IMG/VR virus record: IMGVR_UViG_3300021414_000003
Span: 1-58,070 of that record
DNA: 58,070 nt
Origin: a virus
Taxonomy: Duplodnaviria > Caudoviricetes
Direction: 5' to 3' (one strand)
Each line of letters starts with the position of its first letter. Within the stretch, counting starts at the first letter, position 1. Below the pieces are notes generated by a model that searched no databases, was not told the origin of the DNA, and saw only the letters and a program-made list of their open reading frames with translations. Both the position numbers and the translations under genes were made by a program. Positions 8,901 to 18,748 of the stretch are shown one piece after another.

Positions 8901-11313
8901 GCTTGAGCGTGCGCGAGTACGTCCGGCCGAACGTCGTGATGCTCGCGGTTACCTCGGCTGACGATGCGGCCATATTGGCAAAGGTCAGTTGTGCAGTGGC
9001 GGCGGCCTTATTCGTCAGCGTGCCGCCAACGCAGGACCAGGTCACCGGGCCATCCAGTGCGATGAGGGTCGCAGAAAAGGTGATCACCCCAGGCGTGGTT
9101 TCGCCCGCCTGGTTGGTATGGAACGACGGAGCGTCCGAGGACAACAGGACGTCGGCGTTTTTCGAAACGCCATCCTTCGCGATCGCCACTGCTATCGACA
9201 GCGTCTCGATCGACGTGATACCGATCGAATTCACTGCCGCCATCTTCGCGGCATAGGTCCCGGGGAGCACGTCCTGCACGTCCAGCGTTGGATTCGGCTG
9301 GCGCGGAATGGCAACCCAGTTGTCATCGCCACGGCGGTATGCGCCCTCATATGCAACTGCACCCGGCACCGGTGCACAGCTGACCTGCAGCGCCAGCTTT
9401 TGCACGTCGGCGAGCGACACGGTATAGCCGACGAGGGTCACCGATGCCGGCGGCGCCTGACGGCTCACGTCGAGCGCCGTTTGCGTGCGAGGCGTGATGG
9501 CCGTGCCGTTTTCCACGAAATCGAACTTGCCCGGCTCGTGCTGGATTGCCGATATCGAAAACGTCAGCTCGTCCTTTTCCACGACGGACAGCACGCGGAA
9601 CAGCGGCGCGGACAACTCCGTGCTGTCCACCGACCATATCGATTGAGCCGCCGGCATGACCGACCAATCGGTGGCTACGGTGACAGAATCACCAGCCACG
9701 GCCGAGACGGCGCGGGTTTCGCTCTTGCCGGTAGGTAGGATGACGGTTAGGTTATCGCCTGCCTTGACCACCGGTGCCTTATCGAGCACCGCGGTGCGCC
9801 CGGTTGCCGAGCGAATACGCCCGCCAGCACGGCGGCCCATGCGTGAAGGATCGGAAATGCGCACGATCTGACCAGGCAGCGCGATTGCGCCGTCCAGGCC
9901 GACGTCGAACGTCAGCGCTTCGGTTTCCAGGCGCGAGGTGGCCAGCACCCAACGGCCAGCGCGCTGGGCTTGGGCTTGCGACGTGCAGCCGAAGGCTGTC
10001 AGCTCCGCCTGTTGGATTCCGTACCGCCGAACGCCCTCTTGGTCCTCGACATACTCGACCTTCGGCCTATAGAAATCCTCCGGGTCGTTCCAAGTAACAA
10101 GCGCCACGGTGTAGCGTGTCGCCTTACCACTTCCGGCGCGGGTAAATTTGGCGTCAATGACGTTGGCGGCGGTGTAGACGTAGACTGGGTCTGCCGGCAT
10201 GTCAGCGGACGCCATGATCGTACCACCACCCCAATACGAGATGCCGCGGAAAATCGACGCAATATCCTGCAGCACGGCATAGGCCGCCTTGCGGCTCTGT
10301 AGGTACAAATTGCAGGTAAATCGCGGCTCGGTGCCACCCCTTCCGTTCGGGACCATCTGGTCGCAGTACTGTGCGATGCGGTACAGGGACCACTTGTCCA
10401 GCTGGGCCGGCAGGATGCGGTCGCCTAGGCCATAGCGATCGTGCAGTACCAGGTCGCGGAACACCCACGCCGGATTGTTCGACCACGCCGGCTTGAACGT
10501 TCCATCCCACACGCCGCTGTACGTGCGCGTGATCGAGTTGTAATTGCTCGGCACCTGAATGATGCGACCTAGAAGGTCGTACGCCCGCATCGGCACGCTC
10601 TGGAACTGCTGCGCGTCTACCTGGATGCCGACGATTGCGGACATCGGATAGCGCAGCTTCGCATCGATGATCTCGGCGTAGCTGACGACGGTAGTCGTAT
10701 CGGCAATCGAGGAGGTGTTCGCGTTCGGGGTCAGGCGCGTCACGCGGATTTGCCACCCGGTGGTGGCGCGCGGCAGGTCAACCCGGGCCGAACGCTGGTA
10801 GGCAGACGTGGTCTTGCCGCTGAAGCTGTTTGAGATGACGACCTGGTAGGCGCCACCGTCCTTCGAAAGCTCAATCTGGTAGTCGATCTTATAGCCTAGA
10901 ATATCGCCGTTCGTGGTATCGGCCTTACTTAGGGCTGGCACGCCCAGGGTGATGCGGACGGCCGAAAGCTCGGTATTGCCGATCGCGCGAACCCAGGGAG
11001 CGCCCGACTTAAGTTCGACGCCCACCGAAATTTCATTCTCGACGTCCGCAAAGCCGGCAATATAGTCCTGGTCCTGCGTGCCGGTGCGGAAGTCGACGGC
11101 AATGCTCGCGAAATTGCGCGTGCCATCGGCGTTCTCCACGGGTGTCTGATTCAAGTATACCGATTCCATGCCTTTCGCCAGACCCAGAATTTCGCCTTCT
11201 GAGACAAGGTCAAGCACACGGGCGAACGACGTGTTGTGCAGGCTGTCCGTGGCCTCGTAATGCTTGTGCGACGAGCCACTCTTGCCGCTACCGTAGCCGA
11301 TAATGTCTGTCAT
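5995..11313 (-). CDS. Central tail tip / host specificity protein J with long C-terminal extension
   Basis: DLVSEGEI.G, WSNNPAW, EPRFTCN motifs of lambda gpJ; 1772 aa. Confidence 0.95.
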   Translation of the reverse strand: MTDIIGYGSGKSGSSHKHYEATDSLHNTSFARVLDLVSEGEILGLAKGMESVYLNQTPVENADGTRNFASIAVDFRTGTQDQDYIAGFADVENEISVGVELKSGAPWVRAIGNTELSAVRITLGVPALSKADTTNGDILGYKIDYQIELSKDGGAYQVVISNSFSGKTTSAYQRSARVDLPRATTGWQIRVTRLTPNANTSSIADTTTVVSYAEIIDAKLRYPMSAIVGIQVDAQQFQSVPMRAYDLLGRIIQVPSNYNSITRTYSGVWDGTFKPAWSNNPAWVFRDLVLHDRYGLGDRILPAQLDKWSLYRIAQYCDQMVPNGRGGTEPRFTCNLYLQSRKAAYAVLQDIASIFRGISYWGGGTIMASADMPADPVYVYTAANVIDAKFTRAGSGKATRYTVALVTWNDPEDFYRPKVEYVEDQEGVRRYGIQQAELTAFGCTSQAQAQRAGRWVLATSRLETEALTFDVGLDGAIALPGQIVRISDPSRMGRRAGGRIRSATGRTAVLDKAPVVKAGDNLTVILPTGKSETRAVSAVAGDSVTVATDWSVMPAAQSIWSVDSTELSAPLFRVLSVVEKDELTFSISAIQHEPGKFDFVENGTAITPRTQTALDVSRQAPPASVTLVGYTVSLADVQKLALQVSCAPVPGAVAYEGAYRRGDDNWVAIPRQPNPTLDVQDVLPGTYAAKMAAVNSIGITSIETLSIAVAIAKDGVSKNADVLLSSDAPSFHTNQAGETTPGVITFSATLIALDGPVTWSCVGGTLTNKAAATAQLTFANMAASSAEVTASITTFGRTYSRTLKLIKSRDGAAGADGLKTAVARLFQWAPIAPAKPTGVSTFTWAALTNSGYTGQDGWANPAAANPGTPGWRLFAAAVPLSAAVAATTSPVAYTSAVVEDGVQNGANGLSGLQSYEVAVYQWAATIPAGPVGTGTLTWASFAFGAAPASWALTPGVSPSPGYTLWKAAVRVIDSAAVSSTGFNWSSASITVAGSAGATGPAGTAMYVDISTAGGQVFSRATSTDAFAPTTITLTATPYGGAASANQWQYWTGSAWTNIAGATAATYAAASGAFTGSRVFRVQTTIAGTVYTDEMTLLQVTGGSNGASAIGGFLTNQSMTLAANSAGTVGSFASAFGTFKVYEGTVEKTGAAVAYSVASQTGCTVGITTAGVYSVSAMSADQASATLQAVYGGVIIPIVLSLAKARAGASVAGAEGASYVTAYCASATASTTTPPAPTAGRTSVPVSNSGGIVGMYSKGVPALAQGEFMYQVDGIYNPANDTVTWSVPYWSSLKVASLSAITLGVMGAITSGSMDIGSGSTSWHVDANGNQWAGAGSFASAPYRVSNTGAAVFSSVAIIGGTLDIGSGATSMHVDAAGNQWAGAATYGAAPFRVSNTGQLWAMSGTFGGTLTGTIVKASNIIATGDGGTLNRDPYFTDIAGWSLNNMSAATGPGGAAPANTYVQGTADYANAVSERFPIDSSATYNASVSAWASSGNNRALRVGLNFYDGAGAVITSSWSDQFGAHFVQNFIPGGDGVWRTYKNGGFGAKVAGLPIPAAAKFCSVFLQINAGGSGTSNAMAVTGLRLDLMTEGSTTAPGSIETKHLKLSVGGDISSGQTAFDTGSGFWIEGAGSGHSARMSIGNSAGSKIIMDPGSSTPLLIVNPTLQLAGRAVSITSNPGNTFQLPHNVTNGYCGTHTASISNPVNPSYSWSITNAPAQVQFNLVGATQAAVTVRANANTVAGDSVTVTITCIISDNGTTKGVSQDIFVDLT

Positions 11314-11960
11314 TGAAGTTCCTGATACGGGTCGAGTACTTTAGGGATGCCGGGCCCGGTAAGCGGGGCTCCAACATAAGCCTGCTCCTGCGCCAAGATC
11401 CCGGCCGAGATCACGGCTGAGCCGACAATCATTCGGCCGTAGAGAAGTGGGACGGGATTGCCCTGAGCGGTGGTATTGACGGCGCCAGTGAAGTTGTAAG
11501 AAGCGCCGTTTTCGACCGACTCACCCGAAATCGACTGCGGTTGCGGCGAAAGCATCTGCACAACGCCGCCAAGGATCATCGACGCGCCAAACTTCATCAG
11601 CGGGACGCCGACCGCGCCAGCGCCAACGTAGGTCGCCACGGCGCCGACGACCACAAGTACAATTCCCACAATGGTCTGGAGCGCACCGGCCGCTTTCGCA
11701 CCCGCCAATACTGGAGCGATTCGAATATCTTGGCTGCCTCCCGAGAGTGTCAACTCTTCCCTGCCGATGTTCTGCTTACCCAGGAAGCATGCGTAATGCA
11801 CGCCCCGGTCTCGACTTGTCATCAGCTCTCGTTCGAAACCTGGCATCAGCACGCACAGCGCGCGAACCGCTTCGGCCGTACTCTCAACCGCCAGGCGGTG
11901 CACGCGGCCAAATTTTGCGCCCAGCTTGCCGTACAGGCGAATAGTGCGAAGGTTTTCCAT
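11310..11960 (-). CDS. Tail assembly protein I
   Basis: TIRLYGKLG..FG, NTTAQGNPVPLLYG. Confidence 0.93.
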   Translation of the reverse strand: MENLRTIRLYGKLGAKFGRVHRLAVESTAEAVRALCVLMPGFERELMTSRDRGVHYACFLGKQNIGREELTLSGGSQDIRIAPVLAGAKAAGALQTIVGIVLVVVGAVATYVGAGAVGVPLMKFGASMILGGVVQMLSPQPQSISGESVENGASYNFTGAVNTTAQGNPVPLLYGRMIVGSAVISAGILAQEQAYVGAPLTGPGIPKVLDPYQELQ

Positions 11961-11998
11961 AGGCTCCGGAAATAAAAAAGCCCGCTCAAGGCGGGCTG

Positions 11999-12739
11999 TC
12001 AGGCTTGCGGCTGGTGCCGCAGAATTGCGCGAGTGCACTCGCGGTACCACCCCCCATAGAGATCACGACTCGACAGCCGGCCGTGCATGTGGTGCAGCAT
12101 CAGTCCGTCGCCCAAGTAGACGCCAGCATGATTCGGAACGCCATTGCGGGCGCGAATCTGCATCAGGATGACGTCCCCTACCTCGGTGTCTACTCCCTCG
12201 GGCACTCGAACAAAGCCAGCTTTCGGGAAGCCTTCGGTGTATAGGTCGGAGCTGCCGTCGTTCCACCACTCGTCGGCGCGCGAGAACTGCGGCAGCGTAA
12301 CGCCGCGCTCCTGCGCATACCAGTCGACGATGAGCTGGTAACAGTCCAGCACGCCGTGGGAGAACTGGCGGCCCACCAGCGGCGCCTGATATCCAGACGG
12401 CTTGATCGTCTTCATCTCGCCGACCGTCGGCTTTCCGTCGACCAGGTCTACTCGTACGATGTGCCAAGGCAGTCCCGACGCCTCGCACGACACGAGGTCG
12501 GCCTGACTGGCCGCCGCCGGCGCGTCCGGATGAGAATGCACGACCGCCAGGATCTCGCCCAGCATCTCGGCATTCGCATAATCTTCGGCCGGCAGGACGA
12601 AGTGCTCGGTCCCCTGGGCTGCGTTTGTGCACGGCACGTACCGCTCGCGACCCTTGGCCACAGCGATCAGCCCGCATGCCTCACGCGGATATTCGGCCTG
12701 CGCATGCGCGCTAATCGCTGCAATGGTTTGTTTTTTCAT
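11999..12739 (-). CDS. Tail assembly protein K (JAB + NlpC/P60)
   Basis: PREACG, HSHP, LDCY, NHAGVY motifs. Confidence 0.93.
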   Translation of the reverse strand: MKKQTIAAISAHAQAEYPREACGLIAVAKGRERYVPCTNAAQGTEHFVLPAEDYANAEMLGEILAVVHSHPDAPAAASQADLVSCEASGLPWHIVRVDLVDGKPTVGEMKTIKPSGYQAPLVGRQFSHGVLDCYQLIVDWYAQERGVTLPQFSRADEWWNDGSSDLYTEGFPKAGFVRVPEGVDTEVGDVILMQIRARNGVPNHAGVYLGDGLMLHHMHGRLSSRDLYGGWYRECTRAILRHQPQA

Positions 12740-12740
12740 G

Positions 12741-13430
12741 TCAGGCCTGGAGCAGAGCGGCAGCCGGGAAGCCACCGAAGTTGAGCACGCTGGTCGCGCC
12801 GAACCGCACCTTACACGAGCTCAACCTTTTCGAACACACATCGAGGGCCGAGTCCGTGACCGACTGGTCGTTGGCATTGAACTTCGCCGTACCGGCATAG
12901 CCGCAATACGCGCCCCGGTACTGCCAGGCGCACAGGTTCGCGATGATCTGGCGGCGCGGCAGCATCACCTCCTGGAAGTCGAGCGCACTTTTCAGCTCGA
13001 ACTCAACCACCTCATTCGTTTCGAACGTCTTCTGCTCGATGAACCAGACCTCCAGCGGGAATTCCTGGCTGGGGTCCGCGGTCGGATTGCCACCCGGGAA
13101 ATTGGAAGCGTCCAGATATTGCCTCAGCGTTACGTGCCGCGTCAGCTTGGCGCCGACCAGGTCGTCCAGCGTGATGCACAGCGCGGAGATCGACCCGTCG
13201 ACGTTACCGACCGAGAGCTTCGGTGCCGGCTGCTGCCCTTCGCTGGTCTTGGCGAAGCCCTCCGCTTCGATTGGCCAGGGCGTGTAGTCGTTGCCCTGCC
13301 AGCGGATCGTACCGGCCTGCTGGTATCCGTGGAACCGCAGGAGGCCGCCGTCGGCAATCGACGTGGCGTCCAGCTCATACAGGGCGACGCGCGCGCCAGG
13401 CTCGAGGCCTTGAATGTCGGCAGTGATCAT
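12741..13430 (-). CDS. Minor tail protein L
   Basis: CAWQYRGAYCGY...DVCSK...C Fe-S cysteines. Confidence 0.95.
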   Translation of the reverse strand: MITADIQGLEPGARVALYELDATSIADGGLLRFHGYQQAGTIRWQGNDYTPWPIEAEGFAKTSEGQQPAPKLSVGNVDGSISALCITLDDLVGAKLTRHVTLRQYLDASNFPGGNPTADPSQEFPLEVWFIEQKTFETNEVVEFELKSALDFQEVMLPRRQIIANLCAWQYRGAYCGYAGTAKFNANDQSVTDSALDVCSKRLSSCKVRFGATSVLNFGGFPAAALLQA

Positions 13431-13762
13431 GGCTGGAAGGACTCCTCAAAAGTGGCAGTCAACTGCCATACATCGCCGCCCATGTGCTTTGAATCGTAGG
13501 CCGCGCATTTGTAATACCCAGGCACCCCGAGCGGTGGCGTCCAGAAAAACGACTGCCACCCGCCGCGGGCATCGAGGAAGGCTTTGATTGCCGTGATCGT
13601 CGCGGCCTGGCCGGTGAACTGCAGCGGCCAGGACTGCGATTTGTTGTTGATGCCGTCGGCCGCCGTCTGCGTGTACCCGTCGCCGAACTGCGCCTTGAGC
13701 ACGCGGAAAGTACTCGTGCCGCTCGGCTTGGCGTCGTGCCTCCAACTGAAAGTCGTTGTCAT
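13427..13762 (-). CDS. Minor tail protein M (distal tail)
   Basis: FGDGYTQ...GIN, FFWTPP. Confidence 0.93.
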   Translation of the reverse strand: MTTTFSWRHDAKPSGTSTFRVLKAQFGDGYTQTAADGINNKSQSWPLQFTGQAATITAIKAFLDARGGWQSFFWTPPLGVPGYYKCAAYDSKHMGGDVWQLTATFEESFQP

Positions 13763-16700
13763 CCTCGCCCCATTTTCATATTCCACAACAGGCCGCCCTG
13801 ACGGCTTTCTCGCATAATCACTTCCTTCGCTTTCGTCGAGATCATGTCCGCCAGCGCCCGGCCAGCGGTGCTCTGGTCGCCACTGGTCGTGCTCGTCGCG
13901 CCTCCGGCGGTCACCTGCACATTCGTCTGGATCGTGATCGGGGAGCCGCCTGCGCCGAGCATGTGGTTCGGTGTAATTGCGCCGCTCGATGAGGGCGTGA
14001 AGATTTCAGGCCCCTTCTCGCCGACCAGGTACGACAGCCCAGAATTGACCGGCCCGCCGGCGGCGCGGGCGCCGGACACGCCGAACGCCTGCATCAGCGA
14101 GGAAGTCCAGTCGCCGCCACTACCACCACTACCGATTGACCCCAGGATGGACGAGGCCACGCCACTCAGCGCCGACTTTGCCTGAATGCGCGCGAAATCA
14201 GCGATGATCGATGTCGCGAGGTCTCGGAAGTTCAGCTTGCCAGTGGTGACGAAGTTGGCGAATGCGTCCTCAGCGCTGCGCAGGCCATTCGACAGTGCGT
14301 CACCCACCATGCCACCGATGTTTTCCGCCTCTTCGCCGTATTGCTTGAGCGACGCGCGGAGGTTCACATAGGGGTCGCGCGACTTGGCGAAGCCGTCTCG
14401 CTCGGCGGCTGATCCGGCCCGGATCGATGCTGCCTGATCGCGGTAGATCTGGGCCAGTGCGCTGCCAGGCTGGATTGCCTCAAGCGCGGCCGCGGCCTCG
14501 TCCTTCAGCGACGCGATGTTCTCGACGCGCTGGCGGCGCAGCTCCGCCACTTCATTGCTGCTGAGGCCGATTTCCTCGTTATATTCCCTCTGCGCCTTCA
14601 GGTTTTCAGCCAGGCTTGCTCGTTCAGCCTGGGCCGCGACGATGCCCGATGTGTAAAGCTGGCTCGAATCATCTGCCCGCCGGCGCCGCGCCCCATCCAA
14701 CTCGAGATCGCGCTGCTCCTCACGGTTCCTGCGCTCCGCTTTGTTGATGTCGATCTGGCCCTCGAGGTCAGCCTGCTCTCTCTGGCTGTTGATCTTCGAG
14801 CGCACCAGACCCAACTGGTCTTGCAGCAGCTTCTTCTGGCGGTCGAGCGCGCCGATTTCGATCTGAGCCGTCTTGGCGATCGCATCGTCTTCCGAAATCG
14901 TGCCGACGGCGCGCTGCGCCTGTAGCCGGGCCAGGGCGCGCTGATCCAGCACGCTTTCGACTTCTGCGCGATTTCGCAGGGCTGTAATGCTGGTTTCAAT
15001 GCCGGACGTGTAGACGTCATTGTATTTCCGGCGCACCACGGTGAGGCGAGTCTGGATTTCCTCTTCGCTCAGTCCATTTGCCCGACCTTCGGTTTCGGCG
15101 GCGCCCAAGTCTCGCTTCAGCTGCTCCTGGCGCGTGAGCAAAATGTTCTGATCGGCCAGCCACCGCTTGCGCAACTCCTCGGCCTTCAGCGATTTCTCTT
15201 GAGCCTGGCCAGCGGCTTGCTCGTCTGCCATGCCGCCCTGGAGCACCACCCGACGCGCCTTCAGTTGTTCGATGTCCGCCTTCAGCTTCTGGGAGAAGTA
15301 AGAGTTGCCGTCATCGCCGTTAGCCGCGCGCTGCGATAGCCCAAGCTGCTTCGCGGCGATATCGCTGTCGATTTTGCCGATCTCTTCGTTCGGCGTATCC
15401 TTCCTGCCGATATCCAGGATGGCATCCCAGCCTTTTTTAGCCCATTCGGTGACGCCCATCCAGCCGCGCTTGAGCGTTCCCAGATTTTCCAGAACCTTCT
15501 TGTTTCGCTTTTCAAACTCATCAGCATAGGTGCTCTGCGCCAATGCTGCAGCTTCAGTCTGGCGACCTTCGTCTTGTAGCGCTTTCACTTGCGCATAAGT
15601 CGCCGCACTGACGAAGTGATACTTCTCGCCCAGCTTTTGCAGGGACTCTAGAGGGGCGTGGCGGAGATCGGCGAACTCAGCTGCAGTGTCCTGCACCGAT
15701 TTTCCAAGTACGCGCTCGACTTCTGCCGCTACTCCGGCGAAGCGCTCAAGGTTGGCAGATGAAATCGCGCCTGTGCTGACCAGCGCCTGAAGGGCCTCCG
15801 CCGCTGCCCCCTGGGTGCTCCTTGTCATCTCGGAAATGCCGCGGGCGGCATCCATCAGTTGATTGACAGACGTCCCGGCAGCGTTGCCGCTGAGAATAAT
15901 CGATTCGCCGAAGGCTCTGGCTTCGTGCGCTCCCTCGCTGTATGCATAGGCGAGAGTGCCAACGGCAGCGGCGGAGACGGTGATAGGATTGATCATCCCA
16001 ACCACAGCGCCACCGAGCGCCTTTGCAGCACCACCAACGCTGCCGAACATGTCGCGCAACTGGCCGCCCTGCTGGAGGAGCACAGTCAGCGGCGCTTGGC
16101 CGCCCTGCAGGCTGACGATGATGTCCGTCAACTGTGCTGGCGTCTGGCGCAGTGCCGCATTCAGGGCCGCGGCGGACATCTGCCCGTTCTGCAAGCCCTG
16201 GTCCGCGGCGCGCAACTGGTTGATGAACGGCTGCGCCCGGCTCGTGACGCCCATCTGGGCTGCCTGGAGCTCGAGCATTTCGACCCGGGTTTTCCCGATT
16301 GCGGCCGCCTGCTGCTCAAGGTTACGAATGAACGAATCTTTGCCGGCTTGCACCTGCTCGGCCTCGCGCTGTGCCTGTGCCGTTGCTTTGGCCGCGGCGG
16401 TTACCTGCTCCTGGGCTGTGCGCAGCGTATGCAGCTGCGCAATCAGTGGGTCGGCGGCGGTGGCCAGGCCCATCTGTGCAGCACGGTACCGCAGAGCTTC
16501 TTCCGTCGACAGCCCGAACAAGGCGATCTGTTCGCGCAGGCCTGCCAGGAAGGCATCCTTCCCGGCTTGGATGCGCAGGGCCTCGTGCTGCGCGCGCTCG
16601 GTCGCACGCGCTGCTTCCGTTACCTGGTCCTGCGCGGCGCGCATGTTCTGCAGCTGGAGAATGAGGGCCGACGATTCTTGAGCGGCGCCGGCCTGCGCGG

Positions 16701-17244
16701 CGCGGTAGCGCAGCACCTCGTCGGTCGACTTGCCGAAGAGCGCAACCTGCTCGCGCAGACCTGCGACGAACGAATCACGGGTGGCCTGGGCCTGGGCCAA
16801 CTCGCGCTGCGCTGCGGCCTGGGCCAGAGCCGCTTCGGTCGCCCGCTGCTGCACGGCCTGCTGCGCGGCAAGCGTTTGCGCCGACTGCGACTGCGCGCGC
16901 TCCACCGCTCGCAACTGGACGAGGTATGCTTCCAAGGCGGCCGGATCGACGCCCCGCTGGCGGGCCAGCATCTCGTAATAGGCACTCCCGGACTTCCCGC
17001 CGGCCTCCATCGCGGCGGTTGTCCGCTGGATGGAGTTGATCAGGCTGCGCTGCGCATCCGCGACTTTTTTTGCTGAGTTGCTCGCGCTTCCACCAATGCC
17101 GTCCACTGCCCGGTCGGCCTGCTGGCTGGCACGCTGCACACTTCCGGCCATTGCCCCAGCCTCACGAACGATCTCGTTAAAGCCGGTGCGGGCGCCGGTC
17201 GTATTGACCTGGGTTTCTAGTACGACGGCGCGGGTTTCGCTCAT
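13759..17244 (-). CDS. Tape measure protein
   Basis: 1161 aa, Ala/Gln helical, LLQQGGQLRDMFG, GGPV...YLVGEKGPE. Confidence 0.95.
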   Translation of the reverse strand: MSETRAVVLETQVNTTGARTGFNEIVREAGAMAGSVQRASQQADRAVDGIGGSASNSAKKVADAQRSLINSIQRTTAAMEAGGKSGSAYYEMLARQRGVDPAALEAYLVQLRAVERAQSQSAQTLAAQQAVQQRATEAALAQAAAQRELAQAQATRDSFVAGLREQVALFGKSTDEVLRYRAAQAGAAQESSALILQLQNMRAAQDQVTEAARATERAQHEALRIQAGKDAFLAGLREQIALFGLSTEEALRYRAAQMGLATAADPLIAQLHTLRTAQEQVTAAAKATAQAQREAEQVQAGKDSFIRNLEQQAAAIGKTRVEMLELQAAQMGVTSRAQPFINQLRAADQGLQNGQMSAAALNAALRQTPAQLTDIIVSLQGGQAPLTVLLQQGGQLRDMFGSVGGAAKALGGAVVGMINPITVSAAAVGTLAYAYSEGAHEARAFGESIILSGNAAGTSVNQLMDAARGISEMTRSTQGAAAEALQALVSTGAISSANLERFAGVAAEVERVLGKSVQDTAAEFADLRHAPLESLQKLGEKYHFVSAATYAQVKALQDEGRQTEAAALAQSTYADEFEKRNKKVLENLGTLKRGWMGVTEWAKKGWDAILDIGRKDTPNEEIGKIDSDIAAKQLGLSQRAANGDDGNSYFSQKLKADIEQLKARRVVLQGGMADEQAAGQAQEKSLKAEELRKRWLADQNILLTRQEQLKRDLGAAETEGRANGLSEEEIQTRLTVVRRKYNDVYTSGIETSITALRNRAEVESVLDQRALARLQAQRAVGTISEDDAIAKTAQIEIGALDRQKKLLQDQLGLVRSKINSQREQADLEGQIDINKAERRNREEQRDLELDGARRRRADDSSQLYTSGIVAAQAERASLAENLKAQREYNEEIGLSSNEVAELRRQRVENIASLKDEAAAALEAIQPGSALAQIYRDQAASIRAGSAAERDGFAKSRDPYVNLRASLKQYGEEAENIGGMVGDALSNGLRSAEDAFANFVTTGKLNFRDLATSIIADFARIQAKSALSGVASSILGSIGSGGSGGDWTSSLMQAFGVSGARAAGGPVNSGLSYLVGEKGPEIFTPSSSGAITPNHMLGAGGSPITIQTNVQVTAGGATSTTSGDQSTAGRALADMISTKAKEVIMRESRQGGLLWNMKMGRG

Positions 17245-17567
17245 TCTTCACTTCCTTCTCTCATGGCGGCCATCGCGGCCAGTTCCATAACGCGCATATC
17301 GGATTCAACGTCGTCATACTGATCCGGAGTGAGGCCCAGCCGGTCCATCTTGCGGTACATGACGTTGTAGTCGAGCCCTATGACCCCCATGCCTCCGGCG
17401 CGCCACTGCGTCTGGATTTCACAGAGCAGCCGGAAGGACAGCCAGTTTTCCGGCCAAACTTCGACGCACTCACCTTCGAAGTCCTCCGGACACAGGCCGG
17501 CGGCGGCCAGTTCCTCTTTCGAGGGCGGCGCGGTGAACAGGGCGCGCGCCGCCTCCGTCAGTTTCCC
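17241..17567 (-). CDS. Tail chaperone gpT part (DUF1799-like), reached by -1 frameshift
   Basis: Open frame GKLTEAARALF...VWPENW...TQWR...GLDY...EGSEE*, starting at slippery GGGAAAC; missing from the ORF track. Confidence 0.88.
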   Translation of the reverse strand, partial: GKLTEAARALFTAPPSKEELAAAGLCPEDFEGECVEVWPENWLSFRLLCEIQTQWRAGGMGVIGLDYNVMYRKMDRLGLTPDQYDDVESDMRVMELAAMAAMREGSEE

Positions 17568-17980
17568 TGGCGGCCTTCGGTGATCGCGTCGCGGTAGGTG
17601 CCGACAATCGCCGGGATTGCGGCCGGGACCTCGCGCACGAGCTGGGCGACAGCCGATTTATCGAAGGGGACGTCGAGATCCCAGCCTTCGACGCAGCCCA
17701 TGATGTAGCGAACGTTGGTCTCGTTCTGGCTCGCCAGCACCTCAGATTCGGTCAGCTCCGGAACCGGAAGATCGTTCTCGACCAAATTCTTGATCTTGTT
17801 CATTTCGGCCTCATGCTCGGCCTTGAGCTCGGCGACGATGCCGTCCGTGAACTCGCCGAACTCGACACGATCGCGGTACTTATAGGTCGCAACGATTTCG
17901 CCGGGCGAGCCGTCCACCTGCAGGAATTTCACGGTGCGGCGGAACGAGGTTGGGGGTTTTCCTAGGATGATCTTTGCCAT
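17558..17980 (-). CDS. Tail assembly chaperone gpG
   Basis: Between tail tube and tape measure genes; ends ...QGN* over G GGA AAC. Confidence 0.88.
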   Translation of the reverse strand: MAKIILGKPPTSFRRTVKFLQVDGSPGEIVATYKYRDRVEFGEFTDGIVAELKAEHEAEMNKIKNLVENDLPVPELTESEVLASQNETNVRYIMGCVEGWDLDVPFDKSAVAQLVREVPAAIPAIVGTYRDAITEGRQGN

Positions 17981-18063
17981 GTTCTTGTGCTTTCATTGGA
18001 ATAAAAAGACCGGCGGTGATGACCCGCCGGCGGGAGAGGCCGGGAAGCCCGGCCTGGCAAAAC

Positions 18064-18711
18064 TTAGGACGCGTAGCGCACCGGCTGCCCCTGCTGGGCC
18101 ATGTTTGCCTTGACGCTCATGACCTGGCCCTTGGTGAGGGTCGGGGTCTCGTCGTAGGTGATGTAGCCGTTGTAGAGGATGATGCTGCCGCTCGGCAGCT
18201 GCGCGCGCACCGCGGCGATCTTGCGGCCGTCCGAAATAGCCTTGAGCGCAGCGTGATGCGGCAGCGTCGGGTCGTCGCCGATCGTGATGGCCAGCGTGCG
18301 CGCCGAGTAGCCGGCCGGAATATTCAGCTCGGTGTCGGTGTCCATCGGCTCGACGGTCACGAACTTCGCGTCGCCGCCCGATGGCTCGCAGGAGATGACC
18401 TGCGTGATCGGGGTCCACGTGGTGATCTTCCGCAGCGAGCCGATGCCGGCGCCAGCTGGGAATAGCGCCACGGCCGTCGTGTCGAAGCCCTCCAGGGTCA
18501 CCGAGGTGCCGGTGACGGCCTTGGCGCGGAAAACACGGTTGTTGGCACGAGTCCAGCCGGAGGTATATTCCAGCAGGTCGCCGACCGCATAGGTGTTTGC
18601 CGCGGTCGTGAGCACCGCTTCAGTCGCGTTGGTGGCCGCCGAGACGGCAATCAGCGTCGCGTAGATCGACGCAACCGCATACGTCGTGCCATTGGGGAGT
18701 GAGAATGCCAT
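18064..18711 (-). CDS. Major tail tube protein
   Basis: MAFSLPNGT, SGW..AN.RVF motifs; synteny. Confidence 0.9.
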   Translation of the reverse strand: MAFSLPNGTTYAVASIYATLIAVSAATNATEAVLTTAANTYAVGDLLEYTSGWTRANNRVFRAKAVTGTSVTLEGFDTTAVALFPAGAGIGSLRKITTWTPITQVISCEPSGGDAKFVTVEPMDTDTELNIPAGYSARTLAITIGDDPTLPHHAALKAISDGRKIAAVRAQLPSGSIILYNGYITYDETPTLTKGQVMSVKANMAQQGQPVRYAS

Positions 18712-18748
18712 TTATGAGGCCTTTCGTGTAAGCCCGGCGACCGGGCAT

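Noticed and set aside
5995-11313. Diversity-generating retroelement or invertible tail-fibre cassette
   Set aside because: No reverse transcriptase or invertase in the window; the internal duplication differs at all base types, not only adenines
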